From positions 16,033 to 80,032 of IMG/VR virus record IMGVR_UViG_3300042884_001293: DNA of 64,000 nt. One strand, 5' to 3'. Source of the DNA: a virus. The notes below the pieces were generated by a model, which saw nothing but the letters and a program-made list of their open reading frames with translations, did not search any database and was not told where the DNA came from. Positions 55,260-63,854 of the stretch are shown one piece after another (position 1 is the first letter of the stretch; the number at the start of each line of letters is the position of its first letter). The translations under genes were made by a program, and so were the position numbers.

Positions 55260-56036
55260 ATGAGTAAAATTGAATGGACTGATGTAACTGATAACCCAAT
55301 CACCGTCAAAGGCGGTGGTCATTGGTGTAGGAAAATATCGGAAGGATGCGCCAACTGCTATGCTGAAGCAATTAATACAGGTAATCGCTTTGACTTTGCT
55401 AGTGGATTGACCTATACAGGCAAAGCTCCAGAACTAGAGCTTAACTACGAAATGCTTGCTAAGTGGGCGAGAATGCGATCGCCTAAACGTCATTTTGTTT
55501 GCTCTATGACAGATTGGTGCGGTGATTGGATTCCTAGAGAGTGGCAATTAGAGATGATTCAAGCTATGGCTTTCTCTCACAATCAGACGTTTATGCTCTT
55601 GTCCAAACGTGCTGACACCCTTTTGCAAGTTGTAAATGATTGGTGTGCTAGATCTGGTTATTGGGGTGCTAGATCTGGTTTTCCCTTTCTCCCTAGCAAT
55701 ATATGGTTAGGCGTTTCGGTTGAGAGCCAAGGCACGGCGTTAAAACGCCTTGATACGATCGCTGCAATTAAACAGCTTAGAGGCAATACTTTTGTCAGTT
55801 TTGAGCCACTACTAGAAGAAGTTTATATCGGCGCTTATGCCCAATACATTGACCTCGCGATCGTCGGCGCTGAATCTGGTAAGGGTGCTAGACCGATGGA
55901 TGAAGACTGGGTGCGATCGCTGCGGGATGAAGTCAAAGCTGCTAACAAGGCTTTCTTTTATAAACAAAGGGCAGTCAATGGTAAAAAGATTTCATTGCCT
56001 GAATTGGATGGGAAAGTATGGAGTGAATTGCCATGA
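55260..56036 (+). CDS. phage Gp37/Gp68 family protein (DUF5131)
   Basis: KIEWTDVTDNPI...SEGCANCYAE N-terminal signature. Confidence 0.85.
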   Translation: MSKIEWTDVTDNPITVKGGGHWCRKISEGCANCYAEAINTGNRFDFASGLTYTGKAPELELNYEMLAKWARMRSPKRHFVCSMTDWCGDWIPREWQLEMIQAMAFSHNQTFMLLSKRADTLLQVVNDWCARSGYWGARSGFPFLPSNIWLGVSVESQGTALKRLDTIAAIKQLRGNTFVSFEPLLEEVYIGAYAQYIDLAIVGAESGKGARPMDEDWVRSLRDEVKAANKAFFYKQRAVNGKKISLPELDGKVWSELP

Positions 56037-56206
56037 GCGACTTACCGCCCGAAAAAGCGTTTACTCACGCTCTATTCTGCCAACAAATCCAAAACATTGA
56101 CATTGACTCAGCTAAGCAGCTACTTATTGAGCTACATCTGCTGTATTTGGGGCAGCAAGCAGTATTTGCGAAGATTGCGAAAAATGAGTTTATGGGAGGT
56201 ATTTGA
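56033..56206 (+). CDS. nblA: NblA-like phycobilisome degradation protein (57 aa, hand-called)
   Basis: F-x3-F-x2-QIQNID-x-DSAKQLLIEL...KNEF aligns with the NblA pattern F..F..QVQNMS.DQAKDFLVKL...KHQW. Confidence 0.6.
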   Translation: MSDLPPEKAFTHALFCQQIQNIDIDSAKQLLIELHLLYLGQQAVFAKIAKNEFMGGI

Positions 56207-56763
56207 TTGTGATCGCTCTACAGCCTAATCTATTCTCAATGTCTTTAGTCGTCACAGAAGAAGACAAAGACAACGATGAGAACTATACGCCAGACCGAAT
56301 CGTAAAGCCATTCCGCGACTTGATTGGAGGTTTCCACCTTGACGCTTTTTCATGCGCTAGAGCTAACGAAATCATCCAAGCTAAACGTTATTTTACAAAA
56401 GCCGATGACGCATTTAGTCAGGATTTAACGGAGTTCTACAACAAGTGGTTTAATCCACCGTATTCAAAAGGTAATATTGACAGGGCTGTAGAGATGGTTT
56501 TGAGCTATGCCCATATTGGGAATAGCTTTTTATTAGTCAACTCAAATACTTCTAGCAATTGGTTTATAGACGCTCAAAGATATTGTGTATGCCAACTAAC
56601 CTTTGATCAAAGAATTGAGTTCACAAATCCTAAAAATGATGGGACTAAAAAAGATTCTGGCAACACCAAAGGGCAGACATTATTTTACTTTGGAGTGGAC
56701 TATACACCCAAGCAAATCAAGGCTTGCTGTGGGCATCTTGGCAATGTATCTGTAACTATATGA
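56203..56763 (+). CDS. phage-type DNA N6-adenine methyltransferase (N6_N4/Dam phage family)
   Basis: ENYTPDRIV...FHLDAFS...WFNPPYS motif. Confidence 0.8.
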   Translation: MIVIALQPNLFSMSLVVTEEDKDNDENYTPDRIVKPFRDLIGGFHLDAFSCARANEIIQAKRYFTKADDAFSQDLTEFYNKWFNPPYSKGNIDRAVEMVLSYAHIGNSFLLVNSNTSSNWFIDAQRYCVCQLTFDQRIEFTNPKNDGTKKDSGNTKGQTLFYFGVDYTPKQIKACCGHLGNVSVTI

Positions 56764-57629
56764 AAACACCTATCAGCTATTACGGCGGGAAAAGTCGTAT
56801 CGCCACTCAAATAGTCCCTCACATCATGGCGATACCACACACCGTTTATGTAGAGCCTTTCTTTGGTGGCGGGGCTGTACTCTATGCCAAAGGCAAAATA
56901 GATCGTGGTAATAGTCACTATTACCGCGAAGCAATTAATGACCTGAATAAGCAACTAATCACGTTCTGGCGCGTAGCAAGAGAGCAGCCTGAAGAACTAG
57001 CGCGATGGATTGAACTCACTCCATACAGCCAAGAAGAACATCGTGAGGCGCGATTGATCTATAACAATCCATCGGAATACAGCGATCTAAAAGTTGCTTG
57101 GGCTACTTATATTCAATGCAATATGAGTTTTAGTAATTTGATTGGATCGGGGTGGGGTGGTGGAACAATCGGTCCAAACTCAGCAAGCACATGGGTAAAT
57201 CGCGCCGCTAGATTGCCAGAATGTTTTGAGCGCTTAAAGGATGTCTATATTGGCTGTGAGGATGCTTTGAGATTCATTAAGCGATATGACTGTCCACACG
57301 GGTTAATCTATGCAGATCCTCCATACCCAAATGCCAGTCAAGGGCATTACAGCGGCTATACCTTAGACGATTATCAAGCCCTATGCGATGCCCTTGACGC
57401 TTGTGAATCTAGCTATGTACTGAGTAACTATCATCAGGATATCGCACCTAAGAGCGCTCAAAAATGCGTAGAGATAGAAACAGTGATGAGTGCAGCTAAT
57501 GGTCGCACTAAGGACAATATCAAACGTACCGAAAAATTATGGATATGCGATCGCTCTAAAAATATCCGCGCAGATTTACAGGCGATCGCTAAAATGCCAA
57601 GCAAACAAGTACAACTAAGATTTATTTAA
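56760..57629 (+). CDS. dam: DNA adenine methylase (D12 class, Dam)
   Basis: YYGGKSRIATQIVPHI, VEPFFGGGAV, and IYADPPY. Confidence 0.9.
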   Translation: MKTPISYYGGKSRIATQIVPHIMAIPHTVYVEPFFGGGAVLYAKGKIDRGNSHYYREAINDLNKQLITFWRVAREQPEELARWIELTPYSQEEHREARLIYNNPSEYSDLKVAWATYIQCNMSFSNLIGSGWGGGTIGPNSASTWVNRAARLPECFERLKDVYIGCEDALRFIKRYDCPHGLIYADPPYPNASQGHYSGYTLDDYQALCDALDACESSYVLSNYHQDIAPKSAQKCVEIETVMSAANGRTKDNIKRTEKLWICDRSKNIRADLQAIAKMPSKQVQLRFI

Positions 57630-57957
57630 TTGCGATCGCAATATCAAAAATCTCGCTAACATTTAAGCCCAGCTCAGTTGATAAGGAAATCACCAAAGGG
57701 TAGTTCTCTTTAATTTCTGTCGCGTATTCCCAATCAATTTGAGCAGGTTTGCCTAAACTCACGATCGCAGATTCAACAATTTCTAGCAAATCAAGTTGAT
57801 GCAAAGCTAACCTCAGTCTACGAGCATCTATCATTCTGACAAGAGGTGTAGATTGAGATGCATTTTGCAACGCGGCGATTTCAACCTCAGTAAGAGGGAT
57901 GTGAGTTTGCTCGCCAGTAGCCAAATCAAAGCTAGTTCTATACATAATTACTGCCAA
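57622..57957 (-). CDS. hypothetical protein, last gene of the minus structural operon
   Basis: 111-aa ORF, convergent with dam by an 8-nt overlap. Confidence 0.45.
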   Translation of the reverse strand: MAVIMYRTSFDLATGEQTHIPLTEVEIAALQNASQSTPLVRMIDARRLRLALHQLDLLEIVESAIVSLGKPAQIDWEYATEIKENYPLVISLSTELGLNVSEIFDIAIAIK

Positions 57958-58493
57958 GAAACACTTACAACGCCAGAATCAAAAGAATCAGTACCACCAG
58001 AAGTTGTCAATCTTAGCTGGGTAAGAGCCGCCGACAAAGCTTTAGTAGCAAAAGATTGAATGGTAATTCCTCCGCCTTGAAAAGAACCAAGAAAAGCCAT
58101 AGACCACAAATTAGTAGACGAGTTGACCCTACTTATGGAAATTTGTCCATTAAGCAAAGTAGTGGCAGCAATAGAAGTCGTAAGTGCAAGCCCATTAGAA
58201 ATAGAAGCAGCAGCAACACTAGGTGCTGAAGTAACCACACTTACAGATCCATCATAACCAGTAGTTTCAATGCCTCCACTATCACCTAACTGGAGAATAG
58301 GAATTGAAGTACCATTGGTAGACAAATTGGCAAATTTAACCAATATCTGCGTAACCCATGACGGAATGCTCGTAACATCAGAGCTAACCCCACTTAACGA
58401 AAATGGCGTGCCTTGCGTGTAAGGCTGAGCTAACTTTGCTGGCACTATTGAAGCGTCAGGGATAATGAAGGGATTAGATAAAATAGTTGCCAT
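57948..58493 (-). CDS. beta-rich structural (fibre-like) protein
   Basis: 181 aa, Ser/Thr/Gly-rich. Confidence 0.5.
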   Translation of the reverse strand: MATILSNPFIIPDASIVPAKLAQPYTQGTPFSLSGVSSDVTSIPSWVTQILVKFANLSTNGTSIPILQLGDSGGIETTGYDGSVSVVTSAPSVAAASISNGLALTTSIAATTLLNGQISISRVNSSTNLWSMAFLGSFQGGGITIQSFATKALSAALTQLRLTTSGGTDSFDSGVVSVSWQ

Positions 58494-58936
58494 TATGTAC
58501 CCTCCTCTATTCTCATAAATCCATTAACTGATGCCCAAATACCAGTAACAATACCAGTGTAATCATCAAAGTATTGGTAGCCTTGTGGTTCTAGTCGATA
58601 CACTGATGAAGTAGAAGCTGTAGCACTCTTAGCTATATAAGCAACTGAAGTGCTGTCGTTCCTGAAGGATGCCCACTTACGATTAGTGTTGAGTGCTAGT
58701 AGAGTTACTGATGTAGCACTACTAGCAACTGAGTTAGTAGGAGCAGTTGTAGCTTTACCTCCAGAACCACCAGAACCGCCACCAGAACCGCCACCACCGC
58801 TATTCACTAAATAACTTTGCAATTTTAGTAGGTTTTGCAAAGGCAATTGATCGGCTGACACTTCTTCCAAACTGCCTTGGAAGTTTGATTGTATATAAGC
58901 GTCCAGATCTGTCTGTAAATCAGTTTGTACTGTCAT
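58493..58936 (-). CDS. structural protein with Gly/Ser linker
   Basis: 147 aa; GGGGSGGGSGGSGG linker, then a beta domain. Confidence 0.5.
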   Translation of the reverse strand: MTVQTDLQTDLDAYIQSNFQGSLEEVSADQLPLQNLLKLQSYLVNSGGGGSGGGSGGSGGKATTAPTNSVASSATSVTLLALNTNRKWASFRNDSTSVAYIAKSATASTSSVYRLEPQGYQYFDDYTGIVTGIWASVNGFMRIEEGT

Positions 58937-59021
58937 TTTGTACTGTCATTTTTATTAAAATAGGCTATTTCAGTATTCTTGATCCTGCACCAACACCGCC
59001 AGACATGACGGGCTTTGTTGA

Positions 59022-59369
59022 TTAAGCGGGTGGATAGCGTAAGTCTCGACTTTGCAACAATGATATCTGATCTGGCTCCAAAATCAAATTACCCGATAAT
59101 TTCTCGACTCCAACATAGCCGCCAACAGGTAAAGGCATATTTTGAGCAGGAAAAAACAAGAATTTAGAATAGTCTGCGGGATCTGCTTCAGGTGGGATTT
59201 CGGTGACAAATCCAATCTCAGGATGAGGTTCAGATGTGAGTTGATAAACTTCATAGCTAGTCTGTCCCGAGCTAGCAATGAGAGCTTGAATTTGATCAGT
59301 ATTTGTGCCATCAAATTCAACGATGCTGGATAGTACTTGAGTAAGGATATATTGTTTAATTTCAGGCAT
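59022..59369 (-). CDS. hypothetical structural-module protein
   Basis: 115-aa ORF. Confidence 0.5.
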   Translation of the reverse strand: MPEIKQYILTQVLSSIVEFDGTNTDQIQALIASSGQTSYEVYQLTSEPHPEIGFVTEIPPEADPADYSKFLFFPAQNMPLPVGGYVGVEKLSGNLILEPDQISLLQSRDLRYPPA

Positions 59370-59381
59370 TTTGAGAATCTC

Positions 59382-60236
59382 CTATATAGTGAGTAAATCT
59401 TGATAATTAACCGTAGACCCTGCTAACGCGGTAATAGCGGAGTTTGAAATTTCACTCGCAAAACGAGCGATAACGTTACCACTAGATGCGGGCAAAATAT
59501 GCCCCTCTATGAAGGCAATGTTTCCAGTCGCTAAACTTGTCGCGTTTGAAGTGGCAGGAAAATCATAAGCAGAGCCATAGTTAAGACTCTGGGAAGTGGC
59601 TGTGATTGTGTAAAATGAAAGGTAATTTAATCGAGTAAAGCTAGGACCATTGATCGACCAGCGAGATCCAGTGGTAGTTACGGCGGCGGTGTAAGGGATA
59701 AAAAATTTAAACCATGTCACTACACCCGCCGTAACAGGGAAGCTTAACCCCGTCACGTCCTGCATCGTGTTAGCCGTCGCATTGTTATTAATGACGTTAT
59801 TGGCTAGCACAACCTGAGAAACATCACTAGATAATGGGTTGTTGCCATTAACTAAGCCATTTTTGATCGAGCCATTGTTTTGGTAGACCACCCATCCTTG
59901 TCCCTCGGTATAGGTCATTAATTCGCCTATCCCAAGCACACACTTAAATAGTGTCCCTAAAGTGCCATTGCGATTAAGCCTAATAGTTACCGTTGCGTTG
60001 GCTGTGTCGGTATTAAATACGCTAAGAAAATCAACTATTCTCTGAGTGCTAGAAGCAGGGGAGCCAACTAAATCAACGGCTGTAGTACTATTAGTCGCAA
60101 CCAAGCTAGGGGCGCTACCAGAATATGCACTAGTTGAAATATCCTTGTAAGTTGCGACACAATCAAGTTGATTAGTGGCAATTGCGTCGCCTAAAATCAC
60201 TTGTATTTTATCGGTAGTAGTAGATAGAATTAACAT
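59382..60236 (-). CDS. beta-rich structural (fibre-like) protein
   Basis: 284 aa, Thr/Ser/Asn-rich. Confidence 0.5.
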   Translation of the reverse strand: MLILSTTTDKIQVILGDAIATNQLDCVATYKDISTSAYSGSAPSLVATNSTTAVDLVGSPASSTQRIVDFLSVFNTDTANATVTIRLNRNGTLGTLFKCVLGIGELMTYTEGQGWVVYQNNGSIKNGLVNGNNPLSSDVSQVVLANNVINNNATANTMQDVTGLSFPVTAGVVTWFKFFIPYTAAVTTTGSRWSINGPSFTRLNYLSFYTITATSQSLNYGSAYDFPATSNATSLATGNIAFIEGHILPASSGNVIARFASEISNSAITALAGSTVNYQDLLTI

Positions 60237-60517
60237 TAAAGCCTCAGCATAGCGATTGCCGTAGTTTGTGCAAAAGATAGGCCCGACGAGCCAGATCCGC
60301 CCGTATTAGTAACCCAAGTCATTACACCCGTGCCATCGGTTTGTAAAATCTGTCCCGAAGTTCCGTAATTTGGCGGTAAAGTAAAAGTTAAATTTGCGCC
60401 CTGACCCGTTGCTGGTAATTGCAAAATAGTTCGCCAGTCAGATCCGCTTTGACTAGCTCCAGCATTAAGCATGAAGCTAGTATTAGTGATTCCCTTTAGA
60501 TCAGGTATTAAGCTCAT
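60236..60517 (-). CDS. fibre N-terminal-module protein
   Basis: LKGITNTSF...GSDW...LTFTLPPNYGTSGQILQTDGTGVMTW is paralogous to the 60522-61199 N-terminus. Confidence 0.5.
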   Translation of the reverse strand: MSLIPDLKGITNTSFMLNAGASQSGSDWRTILQLPATGQGANLTFTLPPNYGTSGQILQTDGTGVMTWVTNTGGSGSSGLSFAQTTAIAMLRL

Positions 60518-60521
60518 TTAA

Positions 60522-61199
60522 TTATGACGGTACAGAGTAATACACCAAGATTCTAGCAGCTCCAGCACTAGCGCCACCTGCTGCGTAAGTAGCGATCAAA
60601 GCTTCACTAGCCGCCGCCTCTCCAGGGTTCGTTTCATAAACATCTTTAGCAGTGCCTTGCAAGACGTTTTGAGACGAGCCCATATATTTAGAGGTAGTGC
60701 CAGCAATCCCCACAGTTACGTTAGCAGTGCCATTAAAAGGCGTATCAATAACGACTTGGATTTTATGGATTACAGCATTAGCTGGAGTCGTAAACAGTGT
60801 TAATGGTGAAGACGTACCAAAAGCTAGCGAAGTAGTATCAACCGCCATTTTGTCGGCAGATCCTCCCACCCCAGCCCATGTCAAATTGCCACTGCCGTCC
60901 GTCTGCAAATACTCGGACGGCGATCCGTCTGTAGTAGGTAATGTCAGTGTATAACCAGCAGCCATGCCACTAGCGGGGCGGTTAATCGTAATAGACCAAT
61001 CCGCACCCGTATTAGCCGCATCAGAATTGATAATTAAGCCAGTGTTTCCAGTAGCTTCAAATTGAGAGGCTTGTACTTTTTCATCGGCATTATCAGCAGC
61101 ATTACGAGCCGCAAAGCCGCCTGTAATACCTTTCCAAGCATGAGTACCAATACGAAATATGTTTTCGGTAGTACCTTTTAGATCTTTAAACAGCCCCAT
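60522..61199 (-). CDS. tail-fibre-like protein
   Basis: LKGTTENIF...GADW...YTLTLPTTDGSPSEYLQTDGSGNLTW motif common in phage fibres. C-terminal domain is paralogous to 61209-61610. Confidence 0.55.
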   Translation of the reverse strand: MGLFKDLKGTTENIFRIGTHAWKGITGGFAARNAADNADEKVQASQFEATGNTGLIINSDAANTGADWSITINRPASGMAAGYTLTLPTTDGSPSEYLQTDGSGNLTWAGVGGSADKMAVDTTSLAFGTSSPLTLFTTPANAVIHKIQVVIDTPFNGTANVTVGIAGTTSKYMGSSQNVLQGTAKDVYETNPGEAAASEALIATYAAGGASAGAARILVYYSVPS

Positions 61200-61208
61200 T
61201 TCTTTCTC

Positions 61209-61610
61209 CTATTCGTAATAAACAATAACAACGCCTGATCCTTGAGTAGCGCCCATACCAGTATTAAGAGTTAGCAAAATATCGGTATTTGACGCATATT
61301 TATAAAACGGGGTCGTTGCGTAAACATCCGTAGAAAGCGGATTATTTTGCCCTGTAGTCATTAATCTCTGAGTGTTGCCACTATCACCTACAGAAATAGT
61401 AGAAACGACATTAAAGGCAACATCAAAAACAATTTCAACCTGAGTAATCCGTTGCCCTGCCGTCAATGCATAGATCGTCTGTGTAGTCACATCGCCATAA
61501 CTAAAATTTATGGATTTTTGCTTAGCTGATACGCCAGTGTTATTAATCTGGATTGGTGCAGATTTAATAATTCGTGTTGGCGAGTTAAAGACCTTAACTA
61601 TTTGCGTCAT
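61209..61610 (-). CDS. beta-sandwich structural protein
   Basis: 133 aa ending VVIVYYE, paralogous to the C-terminus of the 60522-61199 product (ILVYYS). Confidence 0.5.
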   Translation of the reverse strand: MTQIVKVFNSPTRIIKSAPIQINNTGVSAKQKSINFSYGDVTTQTIYALTAGQRITQVEIVFDVAFNVVSTISVGDSGNTQRLMTTGQNNPLSTDVYATTPFYKYASNTDILLTLNTGMGATQGSGVVIVYYE

Positions 61611-61975
61611 GGCATTGGTACAGGATTAACGACGTAAGGGGAGATCTCTATAAAATATTCTGGCGATCCTCCAGCTATTAACTGCAAAAAACAATGTCCA
61701 GTCCATCGACCCGCGGGGGACATGGCACCTGTCTGAATTGCACTAAATTCAAATTCCGCTAATCCGTTAGAGTACTTTGTAACAGTAGGGGCAATACTAA
61801 TAGACGATTTTGCGTTTGGCGCGATCGCAAAAAAGATATCGTACAGTGATAAATCAGCACCAACAAAAGTCGCCTGAGTACCCACACCAAAAGATAGCGA
61901 TGCTTTCCAAGGGAAACCAATAACTATCGGATTGTCCGCAAAATTTTCAATTGGTACTTCAAGAGCGCAACTCAT
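61607..61975 (-). CDS. hypothetical structural-module protein
   Basis: 122-aa ORF with a 4-nt overlap. Confidence 0.5.
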   Translation of the reverse strand: MSCALEVPIENFADNPIVIGFPWKASLSFGVGTQATFVGADLSLYDIFFAIAPNAKSSISIAPTVTKYSNGLAEFEFSAIQTGAMSPAGRWTGHCFLQLIAGGSPEYFIEISPYVVNPVPMP

Positions 61976-62018
61976 TTTTATTAAAATAGGCGACCTTGCG
62001 ATCGCCTATTCCGTTTAG

Positions 62019-62207
62019 TTATTCAGTATCTACAGGTGTAGATTTTTTAGCTTTTGGCTTTGGTGCGATCGCTTCTGGCTCTTCCTCAACAATCGGATTT
62101 AGATCGGGTGGCGCTGTTAGCCATCCGTCTGCAATCCAGCCCTCAACATCATGATGATGGATTCGTCTTAATTCCCCTGTTTTGGGGTGATAAAGATTTT
62201 GCTTCAT
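62019..62207 (-). CDS. hypothetical small protein
   Basis: 62-aa ORF. Confidence 0.4.
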   Translation of the reverse strand: MKQNLYHPKTGELRRIHHHDVEGWIADGWLTAPPDLNPIVEEEPEAIAPKPKAKKSTPVDTE

Positions 62208-62210
62208 GAT

Positions 62211-62666
62211 TTAGTAGCCTGATGGAACGAGGTAAGCGCCAAAAACGAGGTTCCCTGCTGTGCTGAGTTTAGTTGCGACAATTCTTAAAAACCTTGCATT
62301 AGCAAAAGTTTTATTGATTTGTTCACCACTCAAGAATACCTCTTGACCATTGAGAGCCGCGCCAGCCGCTACGGTGGGGGCAATAGAGGCGACTTGCCTA
62401 TAAGTACCGCCAACAGTGTCGCAAACTTCAAGAGATAGAGTCCAATGAACAGTACCCGCCGCATAGCTAGAGTAAGCAGCCTGATTAATGATCACTTTTA
62501 CCGATTCTTCGGCATTAAAAGGATATTCAATGGGAGTGCCATTAGTAGTTGCACTGATAGCCGTCGCTGTGTAATCGCGTAGGGTTGTTAACGCATCGAT
62601 CTGCGATGTGTTAGTAGAGTTATTAGCTCTAGGGAGAGTAGATCTAAAAGCGCTTGAGTAAACCAT
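62211..62666 (-). CDS. capsid-associated protein (decoration position)
   Basis: ATG 62666 (MVYSSAF); directly downstream of the capsid gene. Confidence 0.45.
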   Translation of the reverse strand: MVYSSAFRSTLPRANNSTNTSQIDALTTLRDYTATAISATTNGTPIEYPFNAEESVKVIINQAAYSSYAAGTVHWTLSLEVCDTVGGTYRQVASIAPTVAAGAALNGQEVFLSGEQINKTFANARFLRIVATKLSTAGNLVFGAYLVPSGY

Positions 62667-62698
62667 AATTTTCTCTTTAATTGGGTTGAAAGCATTGC

Positions 62699-62736
62699 AA
62701 AATATCAATTATGGGATATCCCATAATTGATATTTT
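62699..62736. terminator. 38-bp perfect palindrome at the capsid gene 3' end (attenuator/terminator candidate)
   Basis: aaaatatcaattatgggatatcccataattgatatttt equals its own reverse complement. Confidence 0.55.
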
Positions 62737-63689
62737 TAAGCGACAAAAGCAGCGTCCTTTACACCAGCAAGGCGAACAAAGGAACGAGGGTTATAGGTTG
62801 CGAAATTGTTCAGCCAATCCATACGGATCAATCGCTTGGTTTCGGTTTGCATTTCACCCATATCGCGCACGTCAATACCGCCTGTTTGAATACCTGTAAG
62901 GTCTTCAGGAGAAAATGCAACGACATAGATTGAAGAAGTAACAGATGCACCGCCACCCGATCCTTGTTCCGTAAAACCAAGGATTTGATCACCCTCTGCG
63001 TCTTCTTCAATAGGAAACCAAGGGACACCCATAAATGTAGGGGCTTCAATGCCGATGTCATTCTTGGTTTGGACAACGTAACCCGAAATTGTGGGATTGC
63101 TGATTGCATCTTGGTAGCGCAAATACAATTCAAGATTGGAGTAGATACGCAATTGGGCGCGAGGGTTGACAGCGCGAACTCTAGAACGAGCGCGGCGTAA
63201 AGCGCTAAGTGATAATGCGTCACCACCCGAAGTGCTACCAGCTTGAACGAGTTGAGTACCACCAGCACGAGTCTTCAACCCAGAAAATTCTTTAGGGTTA
63301 ATGGCGTGATCGCCATTAAAGAAATCGCCATGCCATTTAAGTTGTAATGACTTGAGGGCCATCGAGATTTGAGTGGTCAAGACGTTTTCGCCATACAGCT
63401 TTAAGCCAGCCGTATCGATCTTGATTTCGCCACCAGCAATGACGACTTTCTCGATCCGTCGTTCAACTTCACCAATATCGGCTGTAAAACCTTCGTTGAT
63501 TGCACGGTTAGCCATTAAGGGGAGTCGCTTCTCTTGCAGCCACTCAACGACACCGCCTGCTCTTTCTTCAAACGCAATAACGTCAAGGATCGGAGAATTA
63601 CCCGCATACTGCTCGACAATACCAGCCTTGAGAACGTCTCCCGTCTCACGGGCTTGCTTTGCCATTTCTAATAGTGTTAAAGCTGCCAT
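62736..63689 (-). CDS. major capsid protein (HK97-fold type)
   Basis: 317 aa. General pattern of HK97-like capsids, including the C-terminal IRMDWLNNFATYNPRSFVRLAGV. First gene of the minus operon. Confidence 0.65.
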   Translation of the reverse strand: MAALTLLEMAKQARETGDVLKAGIVEQYAGNSPILDVIAFEERAGGVVEWLQEKRLPLMANRAINEGFTADIGEVERRIEKVVIAGGEIKIDTAGLKLYGENVLTTQISMALKSLQLKWHGDFFNGDHAINPKEFSGLKTRAGGTQLVQAGSTSGGDALSLSALRRARSRVRAVNPRAQLRIYSNLELYLRYQDAISNPTISGYVVQTKNDIGIEAPTFMGVPWFPIEEDAEGDQILGFTEQGSGGGASVTSSIYVVAFSPEDLTGIQTGGIDVRDMGEMQTETKRLIRMDWLNNFATYNPRSFVRLAGVKDAAFVA

Positions 63690-63854
63690 ATTTATGATTC
63701 CTAACTTTGAGTGCTTTGCTGTGTAGCGGGGGCATCACGCTCAAAGGTAGAAATCACTTCTAATCTTTTCCGCAATCTTTTATTAATTAGGGCATCACGC
63801 CCCATTAACTCAGATTAAGCTGATAATATCATATTAATAATTAATGTTGCAAAA

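Noticed and set aside
58745-58800. Repeated ggtggc/ggttct units as a structural DNA repeat.
   Set aside because: It encodes a Gly/Ser flexible linker (GGGGSGGGSGGSGG) and is ordinary low complexity.
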